Origin: Candidatus Uhrbacteria bacterium CG_4_9_14_3_um_filter_41_35
GTDB lineage: Bacteria > Patescibacteriota > Patescibacteriia > UBA9934
Assembly: GCA_002791275.1 (NCBI GenBank)
Contig: PFWT01000006.1
Coordinates: 8,831-72,830, forward strand
Direction of reading: 5' to 3'
DNA: 64,000 nt
Of this stretch, positions 1 through 11,173 are shown piece by piece. Under the pieces are notes generated by a model. It saw nothing but the letters and a program-made list of their open reading frames with translations. It had not been told where the DNA came from and made no database searches. A program made the translations under genes and the position numbers. How positions within the stretch are numbered: position 1 is the first letter of the stretch; every line of letters begins with the position of its first letter.

Positions 1-491
1 GTACCTTTAATACCGTCTCGAATTGCAGCGAGTGTGTTGTGCTTATTTGAAACTTTAACACCGTAACCTCTTAAAACTCCGTTCACCACTTCTTTTGAAG
101 TAATGTTGTCGACCGCTACCGACATCACCTGCAAACCAGCGTTTTTCGCAACATCACTCACGCTTTCATTGTTAAACAGTGGTGTTTCTCCAGGTCCGCC
201 ACTCGCTACCCAAACCGCGGAAGTATAAGCCATTTTTTCAGCGCTAGCCATTAAAAGGTTAATAAGCGCCATTGCGGTGTTGGCAACAAAAGCCTGCCCT
301 GCGGTACGCTTTACTTCAGCGGAAACCTCGGCCTGCGTAAGTTTGGTCAAAACCGCAATATCGCTAACCGGCAAACCTGTCTGCGCAAAAACAGTCCCTG
401 GGGTAAGACCAAGTGAACCAACTAATGTTGTGACCAAAAGTATACTACTTAAAGTCTTAAAAATTCCTTTTTTGATTTGAGCGATACCCAT
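1..491 (-). CDS. Exported/surface protein, 5' part only (runs off window)
   Basis: Manually read open frame from ATG at 491 (MGIAQIKKGIFKTLSSILLVTTLVGSLGLTPGTVFAQ...) with a signal-peptide-like N-terminus; no stop before the window edge. Confidence 0.75.
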   Translation of the reverse strand, partial: MGIAQIKKGIFKTLSSILLVTTLVGSLGLTPGTVFAQTGLPVSDIAVLTKLTQAEVSAEVKRTAGQAFVANTAMALINLLMASAEKMAYTSAVWVASGGPGETPLFNNESVSDVAKNAGLQVMSVAVDNITSKEVVNGVLRGYGVKVSNKHNTLAAIRDGIKG

Positions 492-501
492 AAAATTCCC
501 A

Positions 502-1167
502 CTAATTTTGAGTTGTTGTGCTGGTCTCCAGGTTTGCTAATACATCGTTATAAAGCACCATAATTTCATCGTCCGAAAGTGCATCCACCTGATCTGCCGT
601 TGCCCCGTTGTCGAGCAGTAACTGCCGAATATCTGGTGCTGTCATTCCCTCTAAAGCTGAAACGTCGCCAGGTGTTGCTTCTGGCAAACCACCTTCAATT
701 GTTTGTTGGATACTTGGATCAAGCGGTGGCAGATTTTCAAGCAGTTGATTACCCGCGTTTTCAAAAGCACTGTTAGCGTCTGCGCCGCACGAGTCACTCA
801 AACAATTTGGATCTGTACCCGCTTTAATTTCCTCTGGATCTGAAACCCCGTCACCGTCCGTGTCTTTAAGGTAAGGGCTGGTGTGGTACGTGTAGAGCTC
901 GTCGTAATCGCTAAGACCGTCTTCGTCAGTGTCACTATTTTTTTGTGTACTAAGCTCCTCTGCCCGTTGTTCAGCAACTGATAAAAACCGTGGGCCCACA
1001 TATTCAAAATCAAACGGGGAGGCTAGGTGCCGAGACATATAAAAGCCGCCGAGCACGATCGACATCACGCTTGTAATTAAAACTAAAGCAAACCCAGCCT
1101 TCTGTTCCTTTGAAACTTCGGGCTTGGTTTTACGAATCACTATCCGTTCTCGCTTTTCATTTTCCAT
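502..1167 (-). CDS. Membrane-anchored protein with bacterial thrombospondin type-3-like Ca-binding repeats
   Basis: One N-terminal TM segment; DTDEDGLSDYDE and DTDGDGVSDPEE DxDxDG repeats. Confidence 0.75.
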   Translation of the reverse strand: MENEKRERIVIRKTKPEVSKEQKAGFALVLITSVMSIVLGGFYMSRHLASPFDFEYVGPRFLSVAEQRAEELSTQKNSDTDEDGLSDYDELYTYHTSPYLKDTDGDGVSDPEEIKAGTDPNCLSDSCGADANSAFENAGNQLLENLPPLDPSIQQTIEGGLPEATPGDVSALEGMTAPDIRQLLLDNGATADQVDALSDDEIMVLYNDVLANLETSTTTQN

Positions 1168-1199
1168 GTCCTAAATATTATATCACAAAAAGCAGGCCA

Positions 1200-1976
1200 T
1201 TAGGCCTGCTTTCTAATACCTCTGGACAACTTTATCCACTGCTCAATCGAGAGCTCCTGTGCCCTCACCGTCTCCTTAAGTCCAATCTCTTTTAAGAGCG
1301 TTTTTACTTCACCTGATGCACATTCTTTTGCGTCACTTAAATTGCGGTGAAGCTGTTTTCGCCGGCTACTAAAACCAACTTTGGCTAGTTGAATAATCTG
1401 CTCTGCGTCTTTTGGTAAATCTGTTTTTGTAAAAAGTTCTAAAACCGTAGAGTCTATTTTGGGCGGTGGATTAAAAGCTCCTGGTTTCACATTGAACAAT
1501 CTTTTTGGAGTGGTGTAGAGCAAAATAGCCACGGTTAGCAAACTCATTGCCCCGGGTTTAGCTAGCATTCGATCAGCCTGTTCCTTTTGCACCATCACAA
1601 TCTGCCTCTTAGGCGGATTGTGTGAAGTTAAGGCATTCATAATAATTGCCGCTGCTGCGTTGTAGGGCAAATTACTCACCAAATTCCAGGACAATGACTG
1701 CGTAATGTCATCAAACGAAATTGTAACAGCGTCGTGAAACACCACCTCAGCCTGTTCATATTTTTCTTTAAGCGGTGCGATTAAATCCCGATCCGCTTCT
1801 ATTAAAATAAGCTTACCCGCTGGTTTCATTGGTGCCAGCTTTTCGGTTAAAGCCCCACCACCTGGACCTACTTCAACAATAAGTTCTGTTTCGTTTGGAT
1901 TTATTGCGTCAACAATTTTTTGAATAACCGTTTTTTCGTGCAAAAAATGCTGACCAAAAGATTTTTTAAGTGTCAT
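1200..1976 (-). CDS. rsmA: 16S rRNA adenine dimethyltransferase RsmA/KsgA
   Basis: KKSFGQHFL, EVGPGGGALT, SNLPYN, FNPPPKIDS, FSSRRKQL motifs. Confidence 0.96.
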   Translation of the reverse strand: MTLKKSFGQHFLHEKTVIQKIVDAINPNETELIVEVGPGGGALTEKLAPMKPAGKLILIEADRDLIAPLKEKYEQAEVVFHDAVTISFDDITQSLSWNLVSNLPYNAAAAIIMNALTSHNPPKRQIVMVQKEQADRMLAKPGAMSLLTVAILLYTTPKRLFNVKPGAFNPPPKIDSTVLELFTKTDLPKDAEQIIQLAKVGFSSRRKQLHRNLSDAKECASGEVKTLLKEIGLKETVRAQELSIEQWIKLSRGIRKQA

Positions 1977-1977
1977 A

Positions 1978-2586
1978 TTATTGTAAAAATTCCCCCGGAA
2001 TTATGGTTGAGCCCTGGCGAATAATTGTCACTTCTTCACCTAAAACTTTAATTGTAGTTGAGGCCGGTACTGCCGGTAGCTCACCGGCGTCAATTACAAG
2101 ATCTGGCTCCGTGTGGCCCTTAAAAATTTTCTGTACATCACGCACGGTGTAAATTGCATCCTGACCAGAAATGTTTGCGCTAGTTGCTACAATCGGCTTA
2201 CCTAAACGGCTAGCTAATGTGCTAGCAAAGGGGTGCGAACTCACCCGAATCGATTGCGTACCATACTGTGAGCAAGCAGACGAGATTTTTGAGCCATAAA
2301 CGATAGGTACAATTATATTCAATGAACCCGGCCAAAACATTTTTGCGAGTTGTTGCGCAGTTTCAGAAAGTTCTAAGTAGGTTTCTGCCTCCGATTCTAG
2401 ACCGATAATTACCGGAAGTCCCTTGCCACCCGGACGACCCTTAATTTCAAAGATCCGCCGAACAGCAGAATCGTTAGTGGCATCGCAACCCAAAGCGTAA
2501 GACGTTTCCGTTGGGTACACAATCACCTTCCCCGCTATTAAAGCCTCGAGCGCTTGTTCGATTTGAGCTGAAGTAATCTGCAACAT
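1978..2586 (-). CDS. tsaC: Threonylcarbamoyl-AMP synthase (TsaC/YrdC)
   Basis: YPTETSYALGCDA, KGRP, TSANISG, STTIK motifs. Confidence 0.93.
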   Translation of the reverse strand: MLQITSAQIEQALEALIAGKVIVYPTETSYALGCDATNDSAVRRIFEIKGRPGGKGLPVIIGLESEAETYLELSETAQQLAKMFWPGSLNIIVPIVYGSKISSACSQYGTQSIRVSSHPFASTLASRLGKPIVATSANISGQDAIYTVRDVQKIFKGHTEPDLVIDAGELPAVPASTTIKVLGEEVTIIRQGSTIIPGEFLQ

Positions 2587-2607
2587 AAATATTCTCTAGG
2601 CCTACAA

Positions 2608-3525
2608 CTAAACTCCACGATTTAGTTTCTTGAACCAGTCGTAAGTGAGTTTTAAGCCTGTTGTTAGCTCTACCTCTGGTTGCCAATTTAAAATCTCTTT
2701 TGCGAGTGTTGCGTCGATCACACTACGCTGTACTTCACCGTCACGACCAGCTTCGTAAATAACTGAAGTCTCTTGCCCGCTAATATCCGTCACCATCTGC
2801 CAGAGTTCCTTAACTGAAGTCTCTACCCCTGTTCCTATATTTAAAATGCCAGTGTAATCGGTAGTTAGAGCCCTTACAAAAGCCTTACAAACATCACCAA
2901 CAGAAACGTAGTCACGTGTAGCTAAACCGTCGCCAAAAATTTTAGCCGGTTCCGACTTTAAAATCTTTTCAATAAAAATCGAAATCACCCCAGCCTCACC
3001 TTCGCTCATTTGCCGAGGTCCATAAACATTCGCCAGGCGAAGCGCTACATACGGAATACCACTTCCCGCTAAGTAGTATTCAAACGATTGCTTGCCAATG
3101 CCGTAGGGCGAAAGTGGATTGGCGTTTAGATCGATTCCTGTTGGGATTTCTGGGTGGTCGCCATAAATTCCACCACCACTTGAAGAAAAGATGATCTTTT
3201 TTATACCAGCCTTTTTGGCCATCTCGAGCATTGCGATTGAATCAACAATGTTATTCTGCGCATCTTTCTGCGGATTTTTCACAGACTCGGTTACACTAAT
3301 CTGCGCTGCCAGGTGGCATATTGCGTCTGGTTTTTCTTTCTCAAAAACTGAAGCCATTTCTATATCCGCAAATTTTATTTTATAAATTTTTGCTTTTGGG
3401 TTTTCAAAACGTGTTTTACTACGCTCATAATGATCAACCACAACAACACTGTGCCCAGCAAAAATCAACTCATCAACTAAATTTGACCCAATAAACCCAG
3501 CGCCACCAGTAACAATAATTTTCAT
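2608..3525 (-). CDS. NAD-dependent sugar epimerase/dehydratase (GalE-like extended SDR)
   Basis: TGGAGFIGS, HLAAQ, SSSGG, YGIGK (YxxxK), NVYGPRQ, TRDYV. Confidence 0.92.
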   Translation of the reverse strand: MKIIVTGGAGFIGSNLVDELIFAGHSVVVVDHYERSKTRFENPKAKIYKIKFADIEMASVFEKEKPDAICHLAAQISVTESVKNPQKDAQNNIVDSIAMLEMAKKAGIKKIIFSSSGGGIYGDHPEIPTGIDLNANPLSPYGIGKQSFEYYLAGSGIPYVALRLANVYGPRQMSEGEAGVISIFIEKILKSEPAKIFGDGLATRDYVSVGDVCKAFVRALTTDYTGILNIGTGVETSVKELWQMVTDISGQETSVIYEAGRDGEVQRSVIDATLAKEILNWQPEVELTTGLKLTYDWFKKLNRGV

Positions 3526-3557
3526 AAAATAGATTACGTTTTTGGGCTAAATTATCC

Positions 3558-4481
3558 TTAAACAAACTCTCTGTACCAAGCCACAGTTTTAGCAACGCCC
3601 TCTGTAATACTGGTTTTTGGCTCCCAATCTAGTTCTTTTTTAATATTCGAAATATCCAGTGAAACTCTTTTAACCACATCTTCCACAAGTTCACGGTGAT
3701 CTGAATCAGCCTGCGCGCCCACCTCTTCCCGGACAATTTTAAAAATGTCGTTTGTTGAAAATTCCACGCCGCCACCCACGTTCAAAATCCCCACATAGCT
3801 AGAATCCGCCGCTTTTATTAGCGCCTGAACAGCGTCGTCAACATAAACATAATCTCGGGTGGTGTTGCCGTCGTTATTAATGTAGACCTGTTGCCCCTTT
3901 AAAAGCCGAGCTGCAAAAATACCAATCGCTCCGCTTTCCGCACTAGCGTCTTGGCGCGGTCCATAAACGTTTGCCATTCGTAAAACCACTGCTGGGATTT
4001 TGTGCACACTGTTGTAAAAATGTAAGTAGCGCTCACAAGTTAATTGCGAAATTGCGTACGGTGTGACTGGTTTTGGAATTGCAAGCTCGTTAGCTGGTAA
4101 ATCCTCCTGGTTGCCATAAACAATACTCGAGGACGCAAAAACTATTTTAGCTTTGCCATACTCACGATCAGCCTCGAAAATATTAATTGATCCAATAATA
4201 TTGTTCTCAGCGTTCATTATAGGTTCCCGCTGGCTTTCCCTGTCGTGAATATGGGCAGCTAAATGAAAGACCACTTCTGGTTTAATTTTCTTGAAAATTG
4301 TGTGTACCTCAGGCGAAGCAATATCGACAATTTTGTAACTTGCCTGCTTGTTCTTGTTTAACTTTCTTGGTTTTTTGGTATCAATAACCGTAACCGATTC
4401 TGAAATCAAAACAAGCACATCCACAAGATGTGAACCCAAAAAGCCAGAACCTCCGGTTACGATAACATTTCCAAACTTCAT
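3558..4481 (-). CDS. Second NAD-dependent epimerase/dehydratase paralog with catalytic Lys replaced
   Basis: TGGSGFLGS, HLAAH, NVYGPRQ, TRDYV; the YxxxK motif reads YAISQ. Confidence 0.88.
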   Translation of the reverse strand: MKFGNVIVTGGSGFLGSHLVDVLVLISESVTVIDTKKPRKLNKNKQASYKIVDIASPEVHTIFKKIKPEVVFHLAAHIHDRESQREPIMNAENNIIGSINIFEADREYGKAKIVFASSSIVYGNQEDLPANELAIPKPVTPYAISQLTCERYLHFYNSVHKIPAVVLRMANVYGPRQDASAESGAIGIFAARLLKGQQVYINNDGNTTRDYVYVDDAVQALIKAADSSYVGILNVGGGVEFSTNDIFKIVREEVGAQADSDHRELVEDVVKRVSLDISNIKKELDWEPKTSITEGVAKTVAWYREFV

Positions 4482-4520
4482 AATGGTGATAATATAACAA
4501 CTTTTAGCAAAATTTTCAAG

Positions 4521-5633
4521 CTAACGTTCGAGTGCAGTTTTTTGTAAAAACGCCTCAATAAATGGCTCAAGTTCACCATTTAAAACCCCCTCGACCGCCT
4601 GCGTCTCGTAGCCAGTACGATGGTCTTTGACCATTTTATAGGGGTGCAGAACATAGCTTCTGATCTGATTCCCCCACTCAGGCGCAATATGTCCACCTCT
4701 TAAATCTTTTATCTCTGCTTTTTGTTCAGCTAACATTTTCTGATACAGCCGTGATTTCAAAATTTTCATTGCTGTCATTTTATTCTGCCCCTGACTGCGT
4801 TCATTTTGAATCGACACCACGGTATTTGTTGGAATATGCGTAATGCGAACTGCTGAGTTAGTCGTATTCACACTCTGACCACCAGCCCCAGAAGAGGCAA
4901 ACGTATCTATTCGTAAATCTTTTTCATCGATTGCAATACTCGATTCCTGCACCTCGGAGAGCTCAGGAATTACCTCGCAAAGAGCAAAAGACGTGTGGCG
5001 CATTTTTTCGGCATCAAACGGAGAAATACGCACCAAACGGTGGACGCCAGCCTCGGCCTTCAAAAAACCATAAGCAAACCGACCACGCACAGCAAAAGTA
5101 ATACTTTTTATCCCCGCCCCCTCACCGAGCGACTGCTCTAAAATTTCAACTTGCCAATCTTTTGACTCAGCGTAACGGATAATCATTCGAAACAGCAGAC
5201 TAGCCCAATCCGATGCGTCGTCACCACCAGCTCCAGCGTGAAGTGAAATAATGGCGTCACCCTTATCGTGCTCACCGTCAAGTAGTGTACTGAACTCCAG
5301 TTTTTGAAGACGACTAGCAACTCCGTCCAGTTGATCTTTGATAACCGCCAACATTTCGGTATCATTTTCACTTTCCGCCAGTACCGCTACCTCACTAGCT
5401 TCGCGAAGTTCCGCTTGCAACTCTTCGTAAGCATCAATCTCTGATTTTATTTGAGACGCTTCCTGACCAATTTTTTTCGCCCGGTCCTGATCACTCCAGA
5501 AATTTGGCGCAGCCATTTGTTGTTCAAAATCCACAAGTTCAAGATACAAATTATCAATCTTCAAAATATCACGTACCTTTTGCAGTCGCGTAAGCAGATC
5601 TTTAATTTGTTTATCTTGAAAAGCCATATTCAT
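4521..5633 (-). CDS. prfB: Peptide chain release factor 2, single reading frame
   Basis: SPF specificity motif (RISPFD), GGQ motif, QIRSYVLHPY; start more likely ATG 5633 or 5627 than the upstream start in the ORF track. Confidence 0.96.
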   Translation of the reverse strand: MNMAFQDKQIKDLLTRLQKVRDILKIDNLYLELVDFEQQMAAPNFWSDQDRAKKIGQEASQIKSEIDAYEELQAELREASEVAVLAESENDTEMLAVIKDQLDGVASRLQKLEFSTLLDGEHDKGDAIISLHAGAGGDDASDWASLLFRMIIRYAESKDWQVEILEQSLGEGAGIKSITFAVRGRFAYGFLKAEAGVHRLVRISPFDAEKMRHTSFALCEVIPELSEVQESSIAIDEKDLRIDTFASSGAGGQSVNTTNSAVRITHIPTNTVVSIQNERSQGQNKMTAMKILKSRLYQKMLAEQKAEIKDLRGGHIAPEWGNQIRSYVLHPYKMVKDHRTGYETQAVEGVLNGELEPFIEAFLQKTALER

Positions 5634-5736
5634 ATTATGCCCCCAAAACACCAAAACAACCAAAAGTACCGAGGTTGTTCTGAGAGCTACTTAGAGGCCA
5701 CAGCATACCTTATTTCCATAAAAACTCAACCTGAAT

Positions 5737-5779
5737 AAAAAAGGTCGCGCGCTAAAACCGTGACTCGAGACCTTTTTTT
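5737..5779. terminator. Intrinsic terminator downstream of groEL
   Basis: AAAAAAGGTC...GACCTTTTTTT inverted repeat with A and T tracts. Confidence 0.65.
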
Positions 5780-5793
5780 GAGTTGAGAGATTT

Positions 5794-7479
<1,686 letters not shown>

Positions 7480-7496
7480 TTAAATCCAAAAATAAA

Positions 7497-7805
7497 TTAA
7501 TCCTCAATTACCGCCACTACATCTTTAGCTGGCACTACCAGGTGTTTTACGCCTTCGATATCAACTTCAGCTGGGGCGTAAGTTTTAAAAATAATTTTTT
7601 GACCAACTTCAACTTCGACTTCACTACGAGAGCCGTTGTCAAGGAGTCGGCCTGGGCCAACAGCTACTACCTCCCCTTTTTCTGGTCGCTCTTCTTTAGC
7701 AGTTTCGGGAATATAAATTCCTGACGCTGTTTGCGTTACACGACCTGTAGCTTTGACGATAATATTGTCTCCAATTGGTTTTAATTTCATAATTTTAGTG
7801 TTCAT
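7497..7805 (-). CDS. groS: Co-chaperonin GroES
   Basis: LKPIGD, TASGIYIP mobile loop, AVGPG; directly upstream of groEL. Confidence 0.97.
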   Translation of the reverse strand: MNTKIMKLKPIGDNIIVKATGRVTQTASGIYIPETAKEERPEKGEVVAVGPGRLLDNGSRSEVEVEVGQKIIFKTYAPAEVDIEGVKHLVVPAKDVVAVIED

Positions 7806-7890
7806 TAGTACACCTAGTTTTACCTATTTCGTTCACTTTTGTCAACCAAGATTAAATAAAAAAGCTACTGTTTCCAGTATCTTTTTATGC

Positions 7891-9201
7891 TTATTTTCGC
7901 TCACCAGATCTAGCGAGTAGCGCCAGAACAAAGACCGCTAAAGTCTGCCCGCTCCAGCTCGTCCAAATGTAGTGATCAAAAAATGTGATCGTTAAAATTA
8001 AACTAGCCGTCATAAAAGCAAAGACCGCATCGATGTGTGAGAAACGTTTAAAATTAATTAGCGTAGCAGTGATAACAAGAGCGATTAGAATAAACAGACC
8101 GAGAATGCCGATCTCACCAACCACCAGCAATGGCACATTGTGGACTGGCTGATATTCAAACCACTGTCTATTAGGGAAAGCTTCGTGAATAGCCAAAGTG
8201 TAATTACCGAGCCCATAGCCAAGCAACCAGCTAGAACCGATCACCTCTGGGAAATCTCTGTACTGATCGAGTCGTTCGCTTATAGCGTGTGATTCAACCG
8301 GGCTGACACCGGAGAATCTTGAAAGTATAGCTGAGCTAAATAGCGTAATAAGTAGTGCTAAAACCACCATAAAACCCACAGCCGGTCCCACCAAGCGCTT
8401 GGCGTAACTTGGTCGCTTCACCAAAAATATGACAGTGCCAAGCACCACACCAACCGCCAGCCCAGCAAACGCAGACCTTGAAAAAGTCAGGATTAGGCCA
8501 AGTGACAGTAGAACACCAATTAAACTAAAAACTATTTGTTCAGAGTTTTTCTTTACTGACTGTAAAGTTGAGAAAATAGCAACAAGGCCAACTGCCAAAT
8601 ATCCGCCAAAAATATTTGGGTGTGAAAAACTACCGTAAGCTCTTAAAACTCGAGTATTACCAATAAGTAGAACTGCATCGCCGAGCCTTTCAGATGATCT
8701 TGATGCTAAACCTAAATAAGTTGAAGCAAACGACGCTCCATTAAAAAATTGAAAAACTCCTAACATCACCGGTAGCACTAAACCGAAAATAAAAGCTTTT
8801 AATAAAAATTTGAGCTGAACCCTTTTGTCGAGCAAAAGCAAAAATAGAACAAAAGAAAATATCAACTGAACCAAACTTGTGGAAGCTAGCGTTTTATTGA
8901 TTGAAAAAAATAAAGAAAAAATCGTAGCTAACCAAACTAAAGCCAGCCCCAGCACCACCAGTTTAGCGTAAACTTTTTTCCATTTCAGATCTAACACCAG
9001 TAACGCTATAAATAAAACCAGCATCTGTGTTACATACAAACTCTGTATTCCGTACTCGTACGGCGAGCCACCAATATTTACCTGACCGAAAATAAATCGT
9101 GTTTGCCAGGGTAAGGAAAAAAAGAAAAGTGCTAAACCGTAATTCAAAATTTGCGTTTTAGAAATGGTCTTCATTCGCCTGGCAATTTTCGAAAAATTCA
9201 T
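7891..9201 (-). CDS. O-antigen ligase/Wzy_C-like membrane protein
   Basis: Many TM segments; RAYGSFSHPNIFGGYL, LTFSRSA, GYGLGNY, PVHN motifs. Confidence 0.85.
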   Translation of the reverse strand: MNFSKIARRMKTISKTQILNYGLALFFFSLPWQTRFIFGQVNIGGSPYEYGIQSLYVTQMLVLFIALLVLDLKWKKVYAKLVVLGLALVWLATIFSLFFSINKTLASTSLVQLIFSFVLFLLLLDKRVQLKFLLKAFIFGLVLPVMLGVFQFFNGASFASTYLGLASRSSERLGDAVLLIGNTRVLRAYGSFSHPNIFGGYLAVGLVAIFSTLQSVKKNSEQIVFSLIGVLLSLGLILTFSRSAFAGLAVGVVLGTVIFLVKRPSYAKRLVGPAVGFMVVLALLITLFSSAILSRFSGVSPVESHAISERLDQYRDFPEVIGSSWLLGYGLGNYTLAIHEAFPNRQWFEYQPVHNVPLLVVGEIGILGLFILIALVITATLINFKRFSHIDAVFAFMTASLILTITFFDHYIWTSWSGQTLAVFVLALLARSGERK

Positions 9202-10091
9202 ATGTTCATTTTACTATTGAGAAATTCCGCTACCTCAGCCCGCCGGTCATTTTTGTGAAATTTAAGAAGCTTATCACTCACCACAATGGTTGAATCTATA
9301 TTTTGGTGATCAGTAATCTCAACTGGAAATTTTTTAAGTTGAATTTTTTTTGCTAGTCGTTCACCGATAAATAACGGCAGTTTATTTTTAACTTTTACTC
9401 GTTCCCTAAGCGCTCTATTTGCGAGTATTGAGTTAGGTAAATCTAATTTTGCCCAACTGTTTTGCAATAAGAATTTTTCAAAAATCCCCGTCTCCTGTTC
9501 ATAAACTGGGACTAATGTTCGAAGCCAAACCGACATATAAGGATCTGCTTCCCCCAGTTTTAGCTGACTAAAATCTAACGCTGACTCGCTGGCTAAAAAA
9601 CTCAAATCAACTGGATCACGTTTTGTTTCTCCTGGCCTTTGCCTTAATAAAATCATCGGCAAAACCGTTAACATTCTCGTTGTCCAGACTTTATGATCTT
9701 TTGTGATAACAAATAAATCAATATCACTAGTACTTTTTGTAAAATGTAATGGCAGTGAATTACAAAGGGCCACTCCTTTAACTGAGGGAACGCGCGCTAC
9801 GTAATTTAAAACTTTTTTCAGCTTCTTATATTTTTGAACTGCATTCAAAAAACGATCGTGCCGTAGACGAACCTCAGTCTTAATATCTTTCAAAGCATAG
9901 AACCCGTTTTTCCTTTCAATCTGTGATCGTAACCAACTCGAAGTAGCGAGTGTGCTCGTTATATCAAAATAACTCCTAGTTTTCTGTGGCTGAAGTTGCC
10001 ATTTATAAATCTCAAAACCTGTGACCGGATATCCAAAATAGGCAAAGTAGGTAATTGTCCGGTAGATATCCTTTTCAAGTTCATTTGGCAT
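9198..10091 (-). CDS. Nucleotidyltransferase-domain protein
   Basis: NS...SDIDLFVIT pol-beta-superfamily motif; overlaps the O-antigen ligase gene. Confidence 0.65.
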   Translation of the reverse strand: MPNELEKDIYRTITYFAYFGYPVTGFEIYKWQLQPQKTRSYFDITSTLATSSWLRSQIERKNGFYALKDIKTEVRLRHDRFLNAVQKYKKLKKVLNYVARVPSVKGVALCNSLPLHFTKSTSDIDLFVITKDHKVWTTRMLTVLPMILLRQRPGETKRDPVDLSFLASESALDFSQLKLGEADPYMSVWLRTLVPVYEQETGIFEKFLLQNSWAKLDLPNSILANRALRERVKVKNKLPLFIGERLAKKIQLKKFPVEITDHQNIDSTIVVSDKLLKFHKNDRRAEVAEFLNSKMNI

Positions 10092-10106
10092 AAAATTCTT
10101 ACGCTA

Positions 10107-11126
10107 TTACTTTACTGCAAAGATCTTTTTTTGTATAAACTCGTGACCTTTGCTAATCAAATATAGGGCGCCGGTCACAATAAAAAGCAAATCACGGCCC
10201 CTTATCACAAGGGCAAAAGCGACCGCGCTCACGGGTACCCCAAGTAGCGCAAAAATTCCCGCAAAACTCCCTTCAAAAACTCCTACCCCAGCCGGAATCG
10301 GCAGAAGTAGCGCAAAACCAGGTAACGTGGCAATCAAAAATGATTGAGCAAAGTTTAAATCAAAGCCTAAAAAGTGTGCAATAAAGTACATTTCAAAGAC
10401 TCGAAAGGCTAGCATAAAAAATGATAACACGCCCACCAAAAAAATTAGTGAGTAATCGTGATTTAAAAAACGAGTCATCATTTTTTCTGTCTGCCTGAGG
10501 TCCTCACCAAAACTGGCTAAAGACTTGATTTTATTTAGACCGATATAATTAAAAGTTCGGTACATTATATCCTTACCTCTTGAAAGTGCGTGCAAAACCG
10601 TCATTAAAAATGACAACATTAAACCGACTCCAGCCAAAATTAACCAAAGTGAATAGCCAGAAACCAAATCTCCAGTGAACGCCATCACTACACCAGCCAA
10701 GATGAAAGCAACGTAAGCGGTAAGTTCAAAAGTAATGTCTAAAAGTACCGAGCTTGTTGCCTCCTTCATAGGCACTCCGTCTGCGTTTAACATAGCAATG
10801 CGAACTGGTTCACCACCAACCTGCGCCGCCGGAGTAAGATAGTTAACCGAGAAACCAGCCAGACGATTCAAGAAAATTTTGAAAACCGATAAACGCTTTT
10901 TAGCGGGCAGTAGGCTGTTCAAAATTACCTGCCACCTTAAACTGTACAGATAAAAATTTGCTATCGACAATAAAATAAAGCCTAAAAACGCAGAGATGCC
11001 AAAGAAATGAATGCTCTGAACGACCTCACCAATGCCCTGACGTGCCACTAAAAAATAAAATAATCCTAACCCAAGGGTTAATGTGACTAAAAATAATAAT
11101 ACCTTCAAAAACGTCTTTTTTGTCAT
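10107..11126 (-). CDS. Lysylphosphatidylglycerol synthase TM / flippase-like (UPF0104) membrane protein
   Basis: LRWQ, NYLTPAAQVGGEPVR, PIPAGVGVFEG motifs; ATG 11126 follows TATAAT by 9 nt. Confidence 0.85.
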   Translation of the reverse strand: MTKKTFLKVLLFLVTLTLGLGLFYFLVARQGIGEVVQSIHFFGISAFLGFILLSIANFYLYSLRWQVILNSLLPAKKRLSVFKIFLNRLAGFSVNYLTPAAQVGGEPVRIAMLNADGVPMKEATSSVLLDITFELTAYVAFILAGVVMAFTGDLVSGYSLWLILAGVGLMLSFLMTVLHALSRGKDIMYRTFNYIGLNKIKSLASFGEDLRQTEKMMTRFLNHDYSLIFLVGVLSFFMLAFRVFEMYFIAHFLGFDLNFAQSFLIATLPGFALLLPIPAGVGVFEGSFAGIFALLGVPVSAVAFALVIRGRDLLFIVTGALYLISKGHEFIQKKIFAVK

Positions 11127-11173
11127 AACTCTATCATTATAACAGAAACTAGACACAAAGTATTTCAACAATA

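Noticed and set aside
4521-5633. Alternative genetic code (UGA recoding)
   Set aside because: RF2 is present, TGA terminates genes (for example at 22862), and long genes are intact under table 11
7790-7850. CIRCE element upstream of groES
   Set aside because: No TTAGCACTC-N9-GAGTGCTAA match
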